A stretch of DNA of 64,000 nucleotides from Alphaproteobacteria bacterium (GTDB lineage Bacteria > Patescibacteriota > Minisyncoccia > Phycocordibacterales > JABAAK01), in the NCBI GenBank assembly GCA_030054135.1, contig JASGCN010000001.1, positions 18,013 through 82,012 of the forward strand, written 5' to 3'. Shown here in pieces: positions 51,208 to 59,672 of the stretch; positions within the stretch are counted from its first letter, which is position 1; every line of letters starts with the position of its first letter. The notes under the pieces are model-generated. The model saw only the letters and a list, made by a program, of their open reading frames with translations. It did no database searches and was not told where the DNA came from. A program made the position numbers and the translations under genes.

Positions 51208-51645
51208 TTAGTCCACTATATAGTGACTAGACACACGAGATGATTTTTTTTTGGAGGAAGATATATTTAATATGTGTTTAATATTTTCTATGAATTCTTG
51301 ATATCTTTTGAATTGTTCAAAAGAAACAGATGATACCCCCAGCTTAATTTGTATGTACTCTTTTTGCTTGCTTGGTGTGAATATGTTGTTTTGGGATAGT
51401 GTGCCAAATTGTACGGTAAGTTTTATTTTTTCCATTGCTTTCTTGTTTCGCTCAATTGCTTGTTCTATTGTTTTACTAGGTGTATATAACAGAACAGTAT
51501 TTTTTTCTTCACTACTAATAAAAATTTCTTCTGGCCGTTTTTTGTTTGTGGGAGCGTATCTTCTCTCAATTTCTCTTTGACTGTGTTTTGAATCAATGCT
51601 TCCAGGCCTAAAATGATGTCCTCGCATGTTCGGTGTTCTATTCAT
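51208..51645 (-). CDS. hypothetical basic protein
   Basis: Intact 145-aa ORF. No motif recognised. Confidence 0.35.
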   Translation of the reverse strand: MNRTPNMRGHHFRPGSIDSKHSQREIERRYAPTNKKRPEEIFISSEEKNTVLLYTPSKTIEQAIERNKKAMEKIKLTVQFGTLSQNNIFTPSKQKEYIQIKLGVSSVSFEQFKRYQEFIENIKHILNISSSKKKSSRVSSHYIVD

Positions 51646-51702
51646 ATTTGTATATTAATGCACATTGTGAGAAATGTAAAAATCTTATCAACATGATATG
51701 CT

Positions 51703-52440
51703 GTGGGTATGTTATATATCTATACTGGCAATGGAAAAAATGTTCGCACAGAGGCACGAGCATTAATAGAACTGTGCAAAAAAAAGAGGCCCGATGCATT
51801 ATATGAAGTTTTTTCTTCTGTGCGAGAATCTCAATTGACTCTTGGTGAAATAGTGTATGGGACTGGACTTTTTGCAAAGAAACATATTGTTTTTATTGAT
51901 GAGCCAAAAAATTTTGATGGGGAATGGCGTGGGGTATATGACTATCTGTTGGAGCACGCGTCTGTTATTGTGGCTTCAGAGCACATGTTTGTTTTAGTAG
52001 AATCAGAAATTCCTCCAAAGGAGCTTGAAACATTTAAAAAGACAGGAGCAGTCATACACAGTAAAAGTGAAGTAGTTGAAGAAACACGCCCTTCCTTTGC
52101 GCTTGCACAAGCGCTTGCATCAAAAAATAGAAAAGAATTTTTTGTAACTGTGCATCGTATGCGTTTGCGTGGAGAAAATATTGATGCGTGTGTCCCAACA
52201 TTGTATTGGCAGTTGCGGATGTTGTTGCTTGCAAAAAATCATTCAACTGCGCAAGACGCAGGAGTAAAAGAATATCCATTTGCACAGGCAAAAAAATATG
52301 CGCCCTTGTGGAGTAGCAGTGAATTGCTTTCAGTGCATATAGCAATTGATGAAGCAGAACGATTAGAGCGTATGAAACGATTGTCGTTTGTAGATATGTT
52401 TGACTACATTATGCTTTCCATTCCTGTGGCTCGGGTATAG
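51703..52440 (+). CDS. hypothetical protein, possibly DNA polymerase III delta (HolA)-like
   Basis: N-terminus MLYIYTGNG resembles HolA starts, with helical C-terminal domains, but it is shorter than typical HolA. Assigned weakly. Confidence 0.3.
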   Translation: MGMLYIYTGNGKNVRTEARALIELCKKKRPDALYEVFSSVRESQLTLGEIVYGTGLFAKKHIVFIDEPKNFDGEWRGVYDYLLEHASVIVASEHMFVLVESEIPPKELETFKKTGAVIHSKSEVVEETRPSFALAQALASKNRKEFFVTVHRMRLRGENIDACVPTLYWQLRMLLLAKNHSTAQDAGVKEYPFAQAKKYAPLWSSSELLSVHIAIDEAERLERMKRLSFVDMFDYIMLSIPVARV

Positions 52441-52450
52441 CAGTGTCGCG

Positions 52451-52525
52451 TGGCCCCCTCAGCTGGAATCGAACCAACATCAACGGCTTAGAAGTCCGCT
52501 GTTCTATCCATTGAACTATGAGGGG
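52451..52525 (-). tRNA. tRNA-Arg (anticodon TCT), CCA encoded
   Basis: Manual fold of the reverse complement. Acceptor cccctca/tgagggg. D stem gttc/gaac. Anticodon loop cttctaa. T stem gttgg/ccagc with loop ttcgatt. The anticodon stem has an A31-G39 mismatch. Confidence 0.7.
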
Positions 52526-52620
52526 AGAACAATTCTAGTATACTGAATTGTTTTTTATTTTGCTTATAGTGGATATATCTTTTTTTTGTAATTTAGTTTA
52601 CAATATATTTCATAGCGCAT

Positions 52621-52707
52621 GGAAGGATGGCTGAGTGGTTGAAAGCACCCGTCTTGAAAACGGGCAGGCGCGTAAGCGTCTCGAGAGTTCGAATCTCTCT
52701 CCTTCCG
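52621..52707 (+). tRNA. tRNA-Ser (anticodon TGA), long variable arm
   Basis: Acceptor ggaagga/tccttcc. Anticodon stem cccgt/acggg with loop cttgaaa. Long variable arm gcaggcgcgtaagcgtc. T arm gagag-ttcgaat-ctctc. 87 nt. Confidence 0.8.
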
Positions 52708-52760
52708 CAATGTATTCATTGTACAAAGTTCGAATGTATTTTGAGCAAAACCCTAATGAT

Positions 52761-52913
52761 GAATGAATCGTTCCGCCACTGCCTCGCAAAGCCTCGGCAA
52801 CCCCGAAAGAAAAAACACTCCTTACATTTCTGATTTGGTGGGGGTGAAATTTCTTTTGAAAAAGGAAAGGGTGTTTTTCTTTCGGGGTTCTGCCTTCCAA
52901 GTATTCAGGCAGG
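52761..52913 (+). ncRNA. candidate structured ncRNA: ~150-nt long irregular hairpin with central bubble (6S-RNA-like architecture)
   Basis: Outer stem gttccgccac(tgcct)/(aggc)gtggcggaac, ~15 bp. Internal loop of 16 nt on the left and 19 nt on the right. Inner stem ccccgaaagaaaaaacac/gtgtttttctttcgggg, ~17 bp. Apical sub-hairpin. Higher GC than surroundings. The strand is not determined. Confidence 0.4.
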
Positions 52914-52922
52914 TGGCGGAAC

Positions 52923-53082
52923 AATGCGGACGAAGTTTTGGCAAAACTATTTTTTGGGGAAAGGATTTGCCAAAACTTCGGCTCATTTGTTTTTGAATTC
53001 GGATGTCGCAGATGGAAAAGGAGGGGTTTGGGGAGGAATTTTCCATTTGCTCCTCTGATTTCTTTTGGCGAAATTCTGGCAT
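52923..53082 (+). repeat. GC-rich structured repeat element, left copy (contains 15-bp perfect hairpin 52931-52945/52966-52980)
   Basis: Homologous to the inverted copy at 56441-56574. Begins aatgcggacga. Hairpin stem cgaagttttggcaaa/tttgccaaaacttcg with 20-nt loop. Conserved ggaggggtttggggaggaatttt and tttcttttggcgaaattc blocks. Confidence 0.7.
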
Positions 53083-53163
53083 TGAGAAAAGAATGGGAAG
53101 CTGATATAATTCTATTGCAAGTCATAAGAGTATTATATCACTTTCCATACATTATAGTCTACT

Positions 53164-53364
53164 ATGTCCACAATAGGGAAAAACATCAAAAAATTTAGGC
53201 AAGAAAAAGGGCTTTCGCAAGATAAGCTCTCAAAACTTTCTGACCTTTCATTAAATACTGTTGTTAAAATAGAGTTGGACGATACCCCTAACCCTACCAT
53301 TGAGACAATGCAAAGGATCGCGAAAGCCCTTGTAGTATCAGTTGATGATTTACTCAAAAAATAG
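53164..53364 (+). CDS. XRE-family helix-turn-helix regulator, probable controller (C) protein of the R-M cassette
   Basis: 66-aa HTH (KFRQEKGLSQDKLSKLSDLSLNTVVKIE). First gene of the cassette, 2 nt upstream of the methyltransferase gene. Confidence 0.6.
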   Translation: MSTIGKNIKKFRQEKGLSQDKLSKLSDLSLNTVVKIELDDTPNPTIETMQRIAKALVVSVDDLLKK

Positions 53365-53366
53365 TT

Positions 53367-54197
53367 ATGCAAAAAACTACCGAACAAATTAAATACAAAT
53401 CCGTGCAAACAGTTTTCAATAAACCATTTTTTGCTTCCAGCGATGGTGTCATTAAAATTTATCAAAATGATGCCATTAATTTTTTGAAATCATTGCCAGA
53501 TAATAGCGTTGATTTAATAACAACAGACCCTGCATATTCTGGAATGAATCAAATGTTGAAATTAGGAAAAGGTAAAATAATAGGAACCTACAAAGATAAG
53601 GGCGAAAATGGTGCAAAATGGTTTGAGGAATTCCATGATACGGAAAAAAACTATGCCGAATTTTTAAATGAATGTAAAAGAGTTTTAAAGAATGATAGAC
53701 ATATTTATATTATGTTTGACTCCTATTCTTTATTATCTCTTGCACCGATGGTTCGTCAAATTTTTGATGTTAAAAACATTTTATGCTGGGATAAGGCCAA
53801 CATTGGGCTTGGTCATTATTTCAGAAGAAGACACGAGTTTATTCTATTTGCTAGTAAGGGCAAAAGGCACTTAAAATCAAAAGCTATACCAGATGTATGG
53901 AAAATTAAAAGAGTGACTAAAATAAAATATCCAACTCAAAAACCGACAGAAATCTTTGAGTTGATGATTAAAGGAAGTGCCGAAGACGGATTTGTTGTTT
54001 GCGATCCATTTCTAGGAAGCGGTTCGGCGATGATTGCAAGTATAAAAAATAATTGTAATTTTATTGGTTGCGATATTTCTGAAAAATCAATCAATATATC
54101 TAAACAAAGAGCTGAAGAGTTTTTTAAAACTGGAAAAGACATTTTGCAACCCCAATCATTGCTTTCTGATGATAATTTAACCAACAAACTATTTTGA
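53367..54197 (+). CDS. DNA methyltransferase, beta-class amino-MTase (N6-adenine or N4-cytosine)
   Basis: Motif IV-like LITTDPAYSG near the N-terminus. Motif I VVCDPFLGSGSA near the C-terminus. ParB-like/N-MTase domain order typical of beta-class R-M methylases. Confidence 0.7.
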   Translation: MQKTTEQIKYKSVQTVFNKPFFASSDGVIKIYQNDAINFLKSLPDNSVDLITTDPAYSGMNQMLKLGKGKIIGTYKDKGENGAKWFEEFHDTEKNYAEFLNECKRVLKNDRHIYIMFDSYSLLSLAPMVRQIFDVKNILCWDKANIGLGHYFRRRHEFILFASKGKRHLKSKAIPDVWKIKRVTKIKYPTQKPTEIFELMIKGSAEDGFVVCDPFLGSGSAMIASIKNNCNFIGCDISEKSINISKQRAEEFFKTGKDILQPQSLLSDDNLTNKLF

Positions 54198-54198
54198 T

Positions 54199-55866
54199 AT
54201 GGCAAATTTAAATAAATCTAAAACAATTTTTGCCTTCACATCGCCGAGAACTATTGAAAAAATAATTCCCGAGATTCAAATTTTGATTGACGGATATACT
54301 GGCAAAAAATGGAATAGTGAAACACAAGAAGCATTTTTTAATGATCTTTTTGGGTCTGAGTTTTATGAGGGAAAAGAAAAACCTAAAGATATAACCTTTG
54401 CTGCAAGAGATAGAATCACAAGAGCTCCGAAAGCACTTGGCTTTGTTGATTTAAAACCAGTCATAAAATTAACCGAGGTAGGACAGCAATTATTAAGTGG
54501 CAAGAGAATAAATGAAGTAATAGCAAGACAGTTATTAAAATTCCAACTACCGTCGCCATATCATAAAGTACCAGAAGAAAGAGATTTTAATGTTCGTCCA
54601 TATTTAGAATTATTGAGACTTGTCAAAACCATAGGCAACATTTCAAAAACAGAAATAGCCATATTTTTTGTACAATTAACAAACTACAAAAAATTTGATG
54701 AGATAGTCCGAGCGATTAAAGAATATAGATCTGATTATTCGGCACATACAGGAAATAAAAAAGCCTTTATTGATTCAATTTTTACAAAAGAGATATTGAA
54801 AATTTATGAAGAAGATATAGAAAACGAAGAATTTAAAGGCAGGCAAGATAATGATACTACTTTGCAAGATTTTATAGCTAGAAAGAAAAGTAATCATATT
54901 GATTATGCAGACGCTCTTATTCGATATTTGAGAGCAACACAACTAATAACTTTTGATAAAAATTTTAGAATTATAGTTGCTCCGTCTCGTAACGCCGAGG
55001 TGGATTTTATTTTGCAAAATATAGAAAGAAAGGCACTATTATTTAAAAATGAACAGACTTTTAAAACTTATTTATTTAGTTCAAGCACTTTAGAGCTATT
55101 AACTGATAAGAGAGAAAACGTAGAAAAACAACTGAGTAAAATTGGAGTTGGTTATGATGAAAAAGCAACAGTTGAAGATCTAAAAGACTTATTAGAAAAA
55201 ACCGAAACGGATAGAGTTAATCAAGCAATAGCTCAAACAGAAAAAGGACTCAAGGACTACAAAGAGTTTGATGATATTTTAAGTATATTCGATAAGATAG
55301 ATCAAAAAATCGTCCCCGACCCCTCGCTATATTTAGAATGGAACATTTGGCGTTCAATGGTAATGATTAACTATGCAAAAAAAGTGCAAGGTAATTTTAA
55401 ACTTGACTTAGACGGAGTCCCACTTAATACCGCTGGGGCAAGAATGCCCGACATAGAGATAGATTATGAGAATTTTAAAATGATCGTTGAAGTTACGATG
55501 TCGTCAGGACAAAAACAATATGACATGGAGGGCGAACCAGTACCAAGACATTTTGGAAACGCCAAAAGTTCAACAAATAAGCCTGTGTATTGTTTGTTTA
55601 TCGCTCCTAAAATAAGCGAGGGAACACTCGCTCACTTTTTTGCATTAAATCAAAAAGCTCCTAAATTTTACGGTGGACAAACAAACATAGTCCCTATGAA
55701 TTTAGGAAATTTTAGGCAATTTATCACAACTGCAAAAAATAATAATTTTAATAATCCAAACAACTTACAAGGATATTTAGATAACTTATTGAAACAAAAT
55801 AGGACGATTGATGATGAAGCTGTATGGTTTAAAAATATCGAGGAGTCGGTCGGTCAATGGGTGTAA
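54199..55866 (+). CDS. putative restriction endonuclease partner of the adjacent methyltransferase (555 aa)
   Basis: Assigned by context only (C-protein/MTase/large ORF with tight spacing). No catalytic motif recognised confidently. Confidence 0.35.
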   Translation: MANLNKSKTIFAFTSPRTIEKIIPEIQILIDGYTGKKWNSETQEAFFNDLFGSEFYEGKEKPKDITFAARDRITRAPKALGFVDLKPVIKLTEVGQQLLSGKRINEVIARQLLKFQLPSPYHKVPEERDFNVRPYLELLRLVKTIGNISKTEIAIFFVQLTNYKKFDEIVRAIKEYRSDYSAHTGNKKAFIDSIFTKEILKIYEEDIENEEFKGRQDNDTTLQDFIARKKSNHIDYADALIRYLRATQLITFDKNFRIIVAPSRNAEVDFILQNIERKALLFKNEQTFKTYLFSSSTLELLTDKRENVEKQLSKIGVGYDEKATVEDLKDLLEKTETDRVNQAIAQTEKGLKDYKEFDDILSIFDKIDQKIVPDPSLYLEWNIWRSMVMINYAKKVQGNFKLDLDGVPLNTAGARMPDIEIDYENFKMIVEVTMSSGQKQYDMEGEPVPRHFGNAKSSTNKPVYCLFIAPKISEGTLAHFFALNQKAPKFYGGQTNIVPMNLGNFRQFITTAKNNNFNNPNNLQGYLDNLLKQNRTIDDEAVWFKNIEESVGQWV

Positions 55867-56423
55867 GTATCATTTTTATGACGAGTGATTTGATGACAAT
55901 ACTTAGTTTAATAATCGGAATACTCGGTTTAGTTGTGACTTTGGCTGGGACATATTTTGCCTATATTTCGTTTGTAAATCCGATAATAAGGTTCAAAAAA
56001 TATCTGAAAAATCCTGAAAATTGGGAAAAGTTTCAAGGCATAGACGATCATCTTTCTTTTTATCGCCATAAAAAATATCCTAATTTCCAAATTGTTGTAG
56101 ATTGGGATAAAGAACTTGTGGAAAATTTTCACGAGGAGTGGATAAATGACGGTCTTTATCCCGACAAAACAAACAACGCCTCTTATTATGTTCGGTTAGA
56201 GGCTAATGCAATGTTGTTAGAAAAGGAACTGTTTGTTTCTTTGGACGGACATCGATATTTTGTGCCAGTACCAAAAGTTTTGAGTGTAAAAAATGACGAA
56301 AGAGAGTTTTATTACGACAAGCAACAAGTTCAATTAGCAAAAATTGTTGGACGACATCATTTCGAGAAAGATATTTACGATTTTGCCAAAGAGTGTAAAA
56401 AGCCCATAATGATCAAGGAATAG
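55857..56423 (+). CDS. hypothetical protein with N-terminal TM helix, last gene of the cassette
   Basis: 188-aa ORF overlapping the preceding gene by 10 nt. One N-terminal hydrophobic helix. Confidence 0.35.
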   Translation: MGVSIIFMTSDLMTILSLIIGILGLVVTLAGTYFAYISFVNPIIRFKKYLKNPENWEKFQGIDDHLSFYRHKKYPNFQIVVDWDKELVENFHEEWINDGLYPDKTNNASYYVRLEANAMLLEKELFVSLDGHRYFVPVPKVLSVKNDEREFYYDKQQVQLAKIVGRHHFEKDIYDFAKECKKPIMIKE

Positions 56424-56440
56424 TTTTTCAATCTAGTTGC

Positions 56441-56574
56441 CCGAAATTCGCCAAAAGAAAACAGCGGAGCAAGCGGAGAATTCCTCCCCAGACCCCTCCT
56501 GCGGGCGGGAAATCAGCCGAGGCAAGGCGAATCCATTCCCCCGATAAATAGTTTCGCCTTGCCTCGTCCGCATT
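56441..56574 (-). repeat. GC-rich structured repeat element, right copy (inverted; contains 14-bp perfect hairpin 56518-56531/56553-56566)
   Basis: The reverse complement aligns along its length with 52923-53082. Hairpin stem cgaggcaaggcgaa/ttcgccttgcctcg differs from the left copy by paired compensatory changes. The loop is similar. Confidence 0.7.
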
Positions 56575-56676
56575 AGTATTTTTAATCATTTGGATTTTCT
56601 TGGAAAAACATTCGAACTTTGTCCAACAAACACCGCAATGTATTCAGGAAAGAATAATCTGGTGTATTATAAAAAT

Positions 56677-59154
56677 ATGCAATTTAGTCCTGAAATCTTT
56701 GAAAAAAAGTGGCAACAAAAATGGCAAGAGGACAATGTATATCGGACTGAGAATTTTACTGATACACCACACTGCTTTGTGTTGGATATGTTTCCATATC
56801 CATCGGGAAGCTCAATGCATGTGGGACATCCTCGTGGGTATGTGGCAACAGATATTTACAGTCGCTTTAAAAGAATGAATGGATTTAATGTATTGCACCC
56901 AATGGGATGGGATGCGTTTGGTCTCCCTGCGGAAGAAACTGCAATAGAGAATAAAGAATATCCAACAGAGACAGTGGAGAGAAATATTAAAAAATTTAAA
57001 ATTCAGCTCAATATGCTTGGACTTGGGTACGATTGGTCTCGAGAAATTAATACCACCGATCCTGAATATTATGTGCATACGCAAAGAATTTTTCTTGAAT
57101 TTTTTAAACGAGGGCTTGCAACAAATAAAACTATTCCTGTTAATTGGTGTGAAGAATTGGGCACCGTGCTTGCAAACGAAGACATAGTAGACGGAAAAAG
57201 TGAACGCGGAGGACACCCCGTGTTTCAAAAACCAATGCGTCAATGGATTCTTGCGATTACAAAATATGCAGATCGTCTTATTGATGATTTAGATTTATTA
57301 GATCAATGGCCTGAAAAAATAAAAAATGCACAGCGCAACTGGATTGGTAGAAGTGAAGGACATGAATTTTCTTTTTCAACAAGTGCGGGCATTCCTATTT
57401 CCATATACACTACAAAAATTGAAACGCTCCCGGGTGCCACTTGTGTAGTGGTTGCTCCAGACGGAGAACTCACAGAGCAGTTGCTTGCTACCTCTACCAA
57501 CGCACAACAAATTAAAAACTATATAACACAAAGCAGTCAAAAAACAACTTTAGAAAGACAAGCGGTTACAGAAAAAACAGGAGTAATTATTGAAGGCGTT
57601 ACTGCAACAAATCCATTTACAAAAGAACAAATACCAATTATAGTTTCTGATTATGTACTATCTTCATACGGAACAGGAGCAATTATGGCAGTTCCTGCAC
57701 ATGATGAACGCGATAGTGAAATTGCAAAAGTTTTTAATATAGAATCACGCACAGTAATTGAACATGATGTGCTCGTACACGCGCACGCATTAAATGGAAA
57801 AACGGTTGAGGAGGCGCGAACAATCCTTTCTGACATGGTTGATGCAAAAAAACAAAAACGCTACAAAATTCGTGATTGGGTTTTTTCAAGACAGCGATTT
57901 TGGGGTGAGCCGTTTCCTATTGTATGGATTGAAGGAAAAAATAATTATGAATTAGTAGCACAGGGGCCAGTTGGTGCGTGGCTACCAAAAGAAGCAGTGA
58001 TGTATATTCACGATGGAAAAGAACAATACGCCGTACCAGTATTGCCTGAATTTTTACACACAATGCAATTGCCAAAAGTTGCTTCATATCAGCCAACAGG
58101 AACTCTTGAAGGGCCACTTGCGGGCATTGATACATGGGTCAATGTGTTTCTTGATCCAACAACAGGGGCAATTTCACAAAACAAAGAAACTACACACGCA
58201 ATTCCTGCACGAAGAGAAACAAATACTATGCCTCAATGGGCGGGCTCTTCGTGGTATTGGTTTCGATACATGGATACAAAAAACAAAGAACTTCCTTTTT
58301 CAAAACAATCTGTTGATTACTGGGGGCCGGTACACATATATGCAGGAGCAGATCATGCCGTTGCACATTTGATTTATGCACGGTTCTGGCACAAAGTTAT
58401 GCAAGACGCAGGTATGGTTGATTTTCCAGAGCCATTTACACGATTAGAATTTCTTGGATACATTCTTGCACCAGACGGCTCAAAAATATCAAAAAGAAAA
58501 GGGAACAGTCGTTCTCCAGAAGATGTCATCAACACTGTTGGCGCAGATGCATTTCGTATGTATGAAATGTTTATAGGTCCGTTTGAAAAGTCAGCTCCTT
58601 GGAGTGATGATGGGCTTGTTGGATCACGCAGATTTCTTGAACGAGTGTGGCGTCTGCATGAATCAGTAGTTGAAAAAAATGTAGCCACTACAGATGCACA
58701 CGCACTTTCATCAATTCACAAAACAATACAGAAAGTGGGAAACGACATTGAAACATTTAAATTTAATACTGCCGTTTCAAGTATGATGATTTGCTTAAAT
58801 GAAATACAAGATGTAGATATTGCTGTCGCAGATTTTAAACATTTCATTTCTATTCTTGCACCATTTGCACCACACATAACAGAAGAGATGTGGCATGTGA
58901 TGGGACACACATCGTCAATTCATCTCTCTACATGGCCCACAGTAAATAAAAGTGTCATTCGTCAAGAAAGTATCACAGTACCAATCCAAATTAATGGAAA
59001 AGTACGATCACAAATTGATGTACCGATGGATATGCCTGAAAAAGAACTTGAAACACTTGCTCTTGAAGATGCAGCTATTCAAAAACATCTTTCTGGAAAA
59101 ACCACACAAAAAATAATAATAGTACCTAATCGTATCGTGAATATACTGGTGTAA
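56677..59154 (+). CDS. leuS: leucyl-tRNA synthetase
   Basis: HIGH-region P.PSGS.HVGHPRGY. Editing CP1 domain. KMSKS-like KISKRKGN. The start was moved to ATG 56677 (MQFSPEIFEKKWQQKW); the track ORF begins at 56590 inside the repeat element. Confidence 0.9.
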   Translation: MQFSPEIFEKKWQQKWQEDNVYRTENFTDTPHCFVLDMFPYPSGSSMHVGHPRGYVATDIYSRFKRMNGFNVLHPMGWDAFGLPAEETAIENKEYPTETVERNIKKFKIQLNMLGLGYDWSREINTTDPEYYVHTQRIFLEFFKRGLATNKTIPVNWCEELGTVLANEDIVDGKSERGGHPVFQKPMRQWILAITKYADRLIDDLDLLDQWPEKIKNAQRNWIGRSEGHEFSFSTSAGIPISIYTTKIETLPGATCVVVAPDGELTEQLLATSTNAQQIKNYITQSSQKTTLERQAVTEKTGVIIEGVTATNPFTKEQIPIIVSDYVLSSYGTGAIMAVPAHDERDSEIAKVFNIESRTVIEHDVLVHAHALNGKTVEEARTILSDMVDAKKQKRYKIRDWVFSRQRFWGEPFPIVWIEGKNNYELVAQGPVGAWLPKEAVMYIHDGKEQYAVPVLPEFLHTMQLPKVASYQPTGTLEGPLAGIDTWVNVFLDPTTGAISQNKETTHAIPARRETNTMPQWAGSSWYWFRYMDTKNKELPFSKQSVDYWGPVHIYAGADHAVAHLIYARFWHKVMQDAGMVDFPEPFTRLEFLGYILAPDGSKISKRKGNSRSPEDVINTVGADAFRMYEMFIGPFEKSAPWSDDGLVGSRRFLERVWRLHESVVEKNVATTDAHALSSIHKTIQKVGNDIETFKFNTAVSSMMICLNEIQDVDIAVADFKHFISILAPFAPHITEEMWHVMGHTSSIHLSTWPTVNKSVIRQESITVPIQINGKVRSQIDVPMDMPEKELETLALEDAAIQKHLSGKTTQKIIIVPNRIVNILV

Positions 59155-59434
59155 TGATATATTGTGAATATGAAGGAACAAAGAAAAAAAAATAAGACAA
59201 CACAAGATCCTGCATTAAAAAATGCTCGCAGAATAGAGTTATTGGAAAAAAACCATTTAGGAATTATAACAGAAATAGAAAAAAATGAACTCAAAATAGT
59301 AGTATTTTTTATGTTCGTATAGGTTCGTCAATTTCCAGAAAATAGTTAAACAATTTTTTATCTTTCCAAAATAAACGGAGCAATGTGTTTGCAAAACACC
59401 TTCAATTTTTTCACATCTCATTATAAACGAGCAC

Positions 59435-59589
59435 GATATATCTCTCACTTCCGTTATTTGAGCCACGAGCGAAGCATTCGGTTTATATTAGAAAACTGTA
59501 ACTGTTTGAGCGTAGCGAGTTTTACAGTTTTCAATATAAGAGAATGCAAAAGCGAGTGTTAGGCGAAAATTGGAAGCGAGAGATATATC
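59435..59589. repeat. 155-bp element bracketed by 18-bp imperfect inverted repeats (gatatatctctcacttcc / ggaagcgagagatatatc), abutting tRNA-Arg
   Basis: 12-bp perfect IR extended to 17/18. Internal 10-bp hairpin aaaactgtaa/ttacagtttt. Ends 7 nt from the tRNA 3' end. Confidence 0.5.
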
Positions 59590-59595
59590 TGCGAG

Positions 59596-59670
59596 TGGCC
59601 TCCCCACCAGGAATCGAACCTGGATCGTACGCTCCGCAAGCGTATGTTCTATCCGTTGAACTACAGGGAG
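59596..59670 (-). tRNA. tRNA-Arg (anticodon GCG), CCA encoded
   Basis: Manual fold. Acceptor ctccctg/tggggag (two G-U). D arm gttcaacggatagaac. Anticodon stem tacgc/gcgta with loop ttgcgga. T arm ccagg-ttcgatt-cctgg. Confidence 0.65.
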
Positions 59671-59672
59671 AT

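Noticed and set aside
52761-52913. Identification of the long hairpin as SRP RNA, RNase P RNA or tmRNA
   Set aside because: Conserved SRP domain IV (GGAAGCAGCC-like), RNase P P4 (GGAAAGUCCGG) and tmRNA tRNA-like ends are all absent. Only a generic 6S-like shape remains.
52610-53198. Cluster of short overlapping ORFs on both strands (52610-53125, 52627-52833, 52763-52996, 52822-53082, 52938-53198)
   Set aside because: They cover tRNA-Ser and the GC-rich hairpin and repeat region. Mutually overlapping frames on both strands are typical of structured non-coding DNA.
56424-56676. Possible T-box leader upstream of leuS
   Set aside because: No T-box consensus (AGGGTGGNACCGCG-like) or specifier-loop arrangement was found. 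The structure is instead explained by the right-hand copy of the inverted repeat element.
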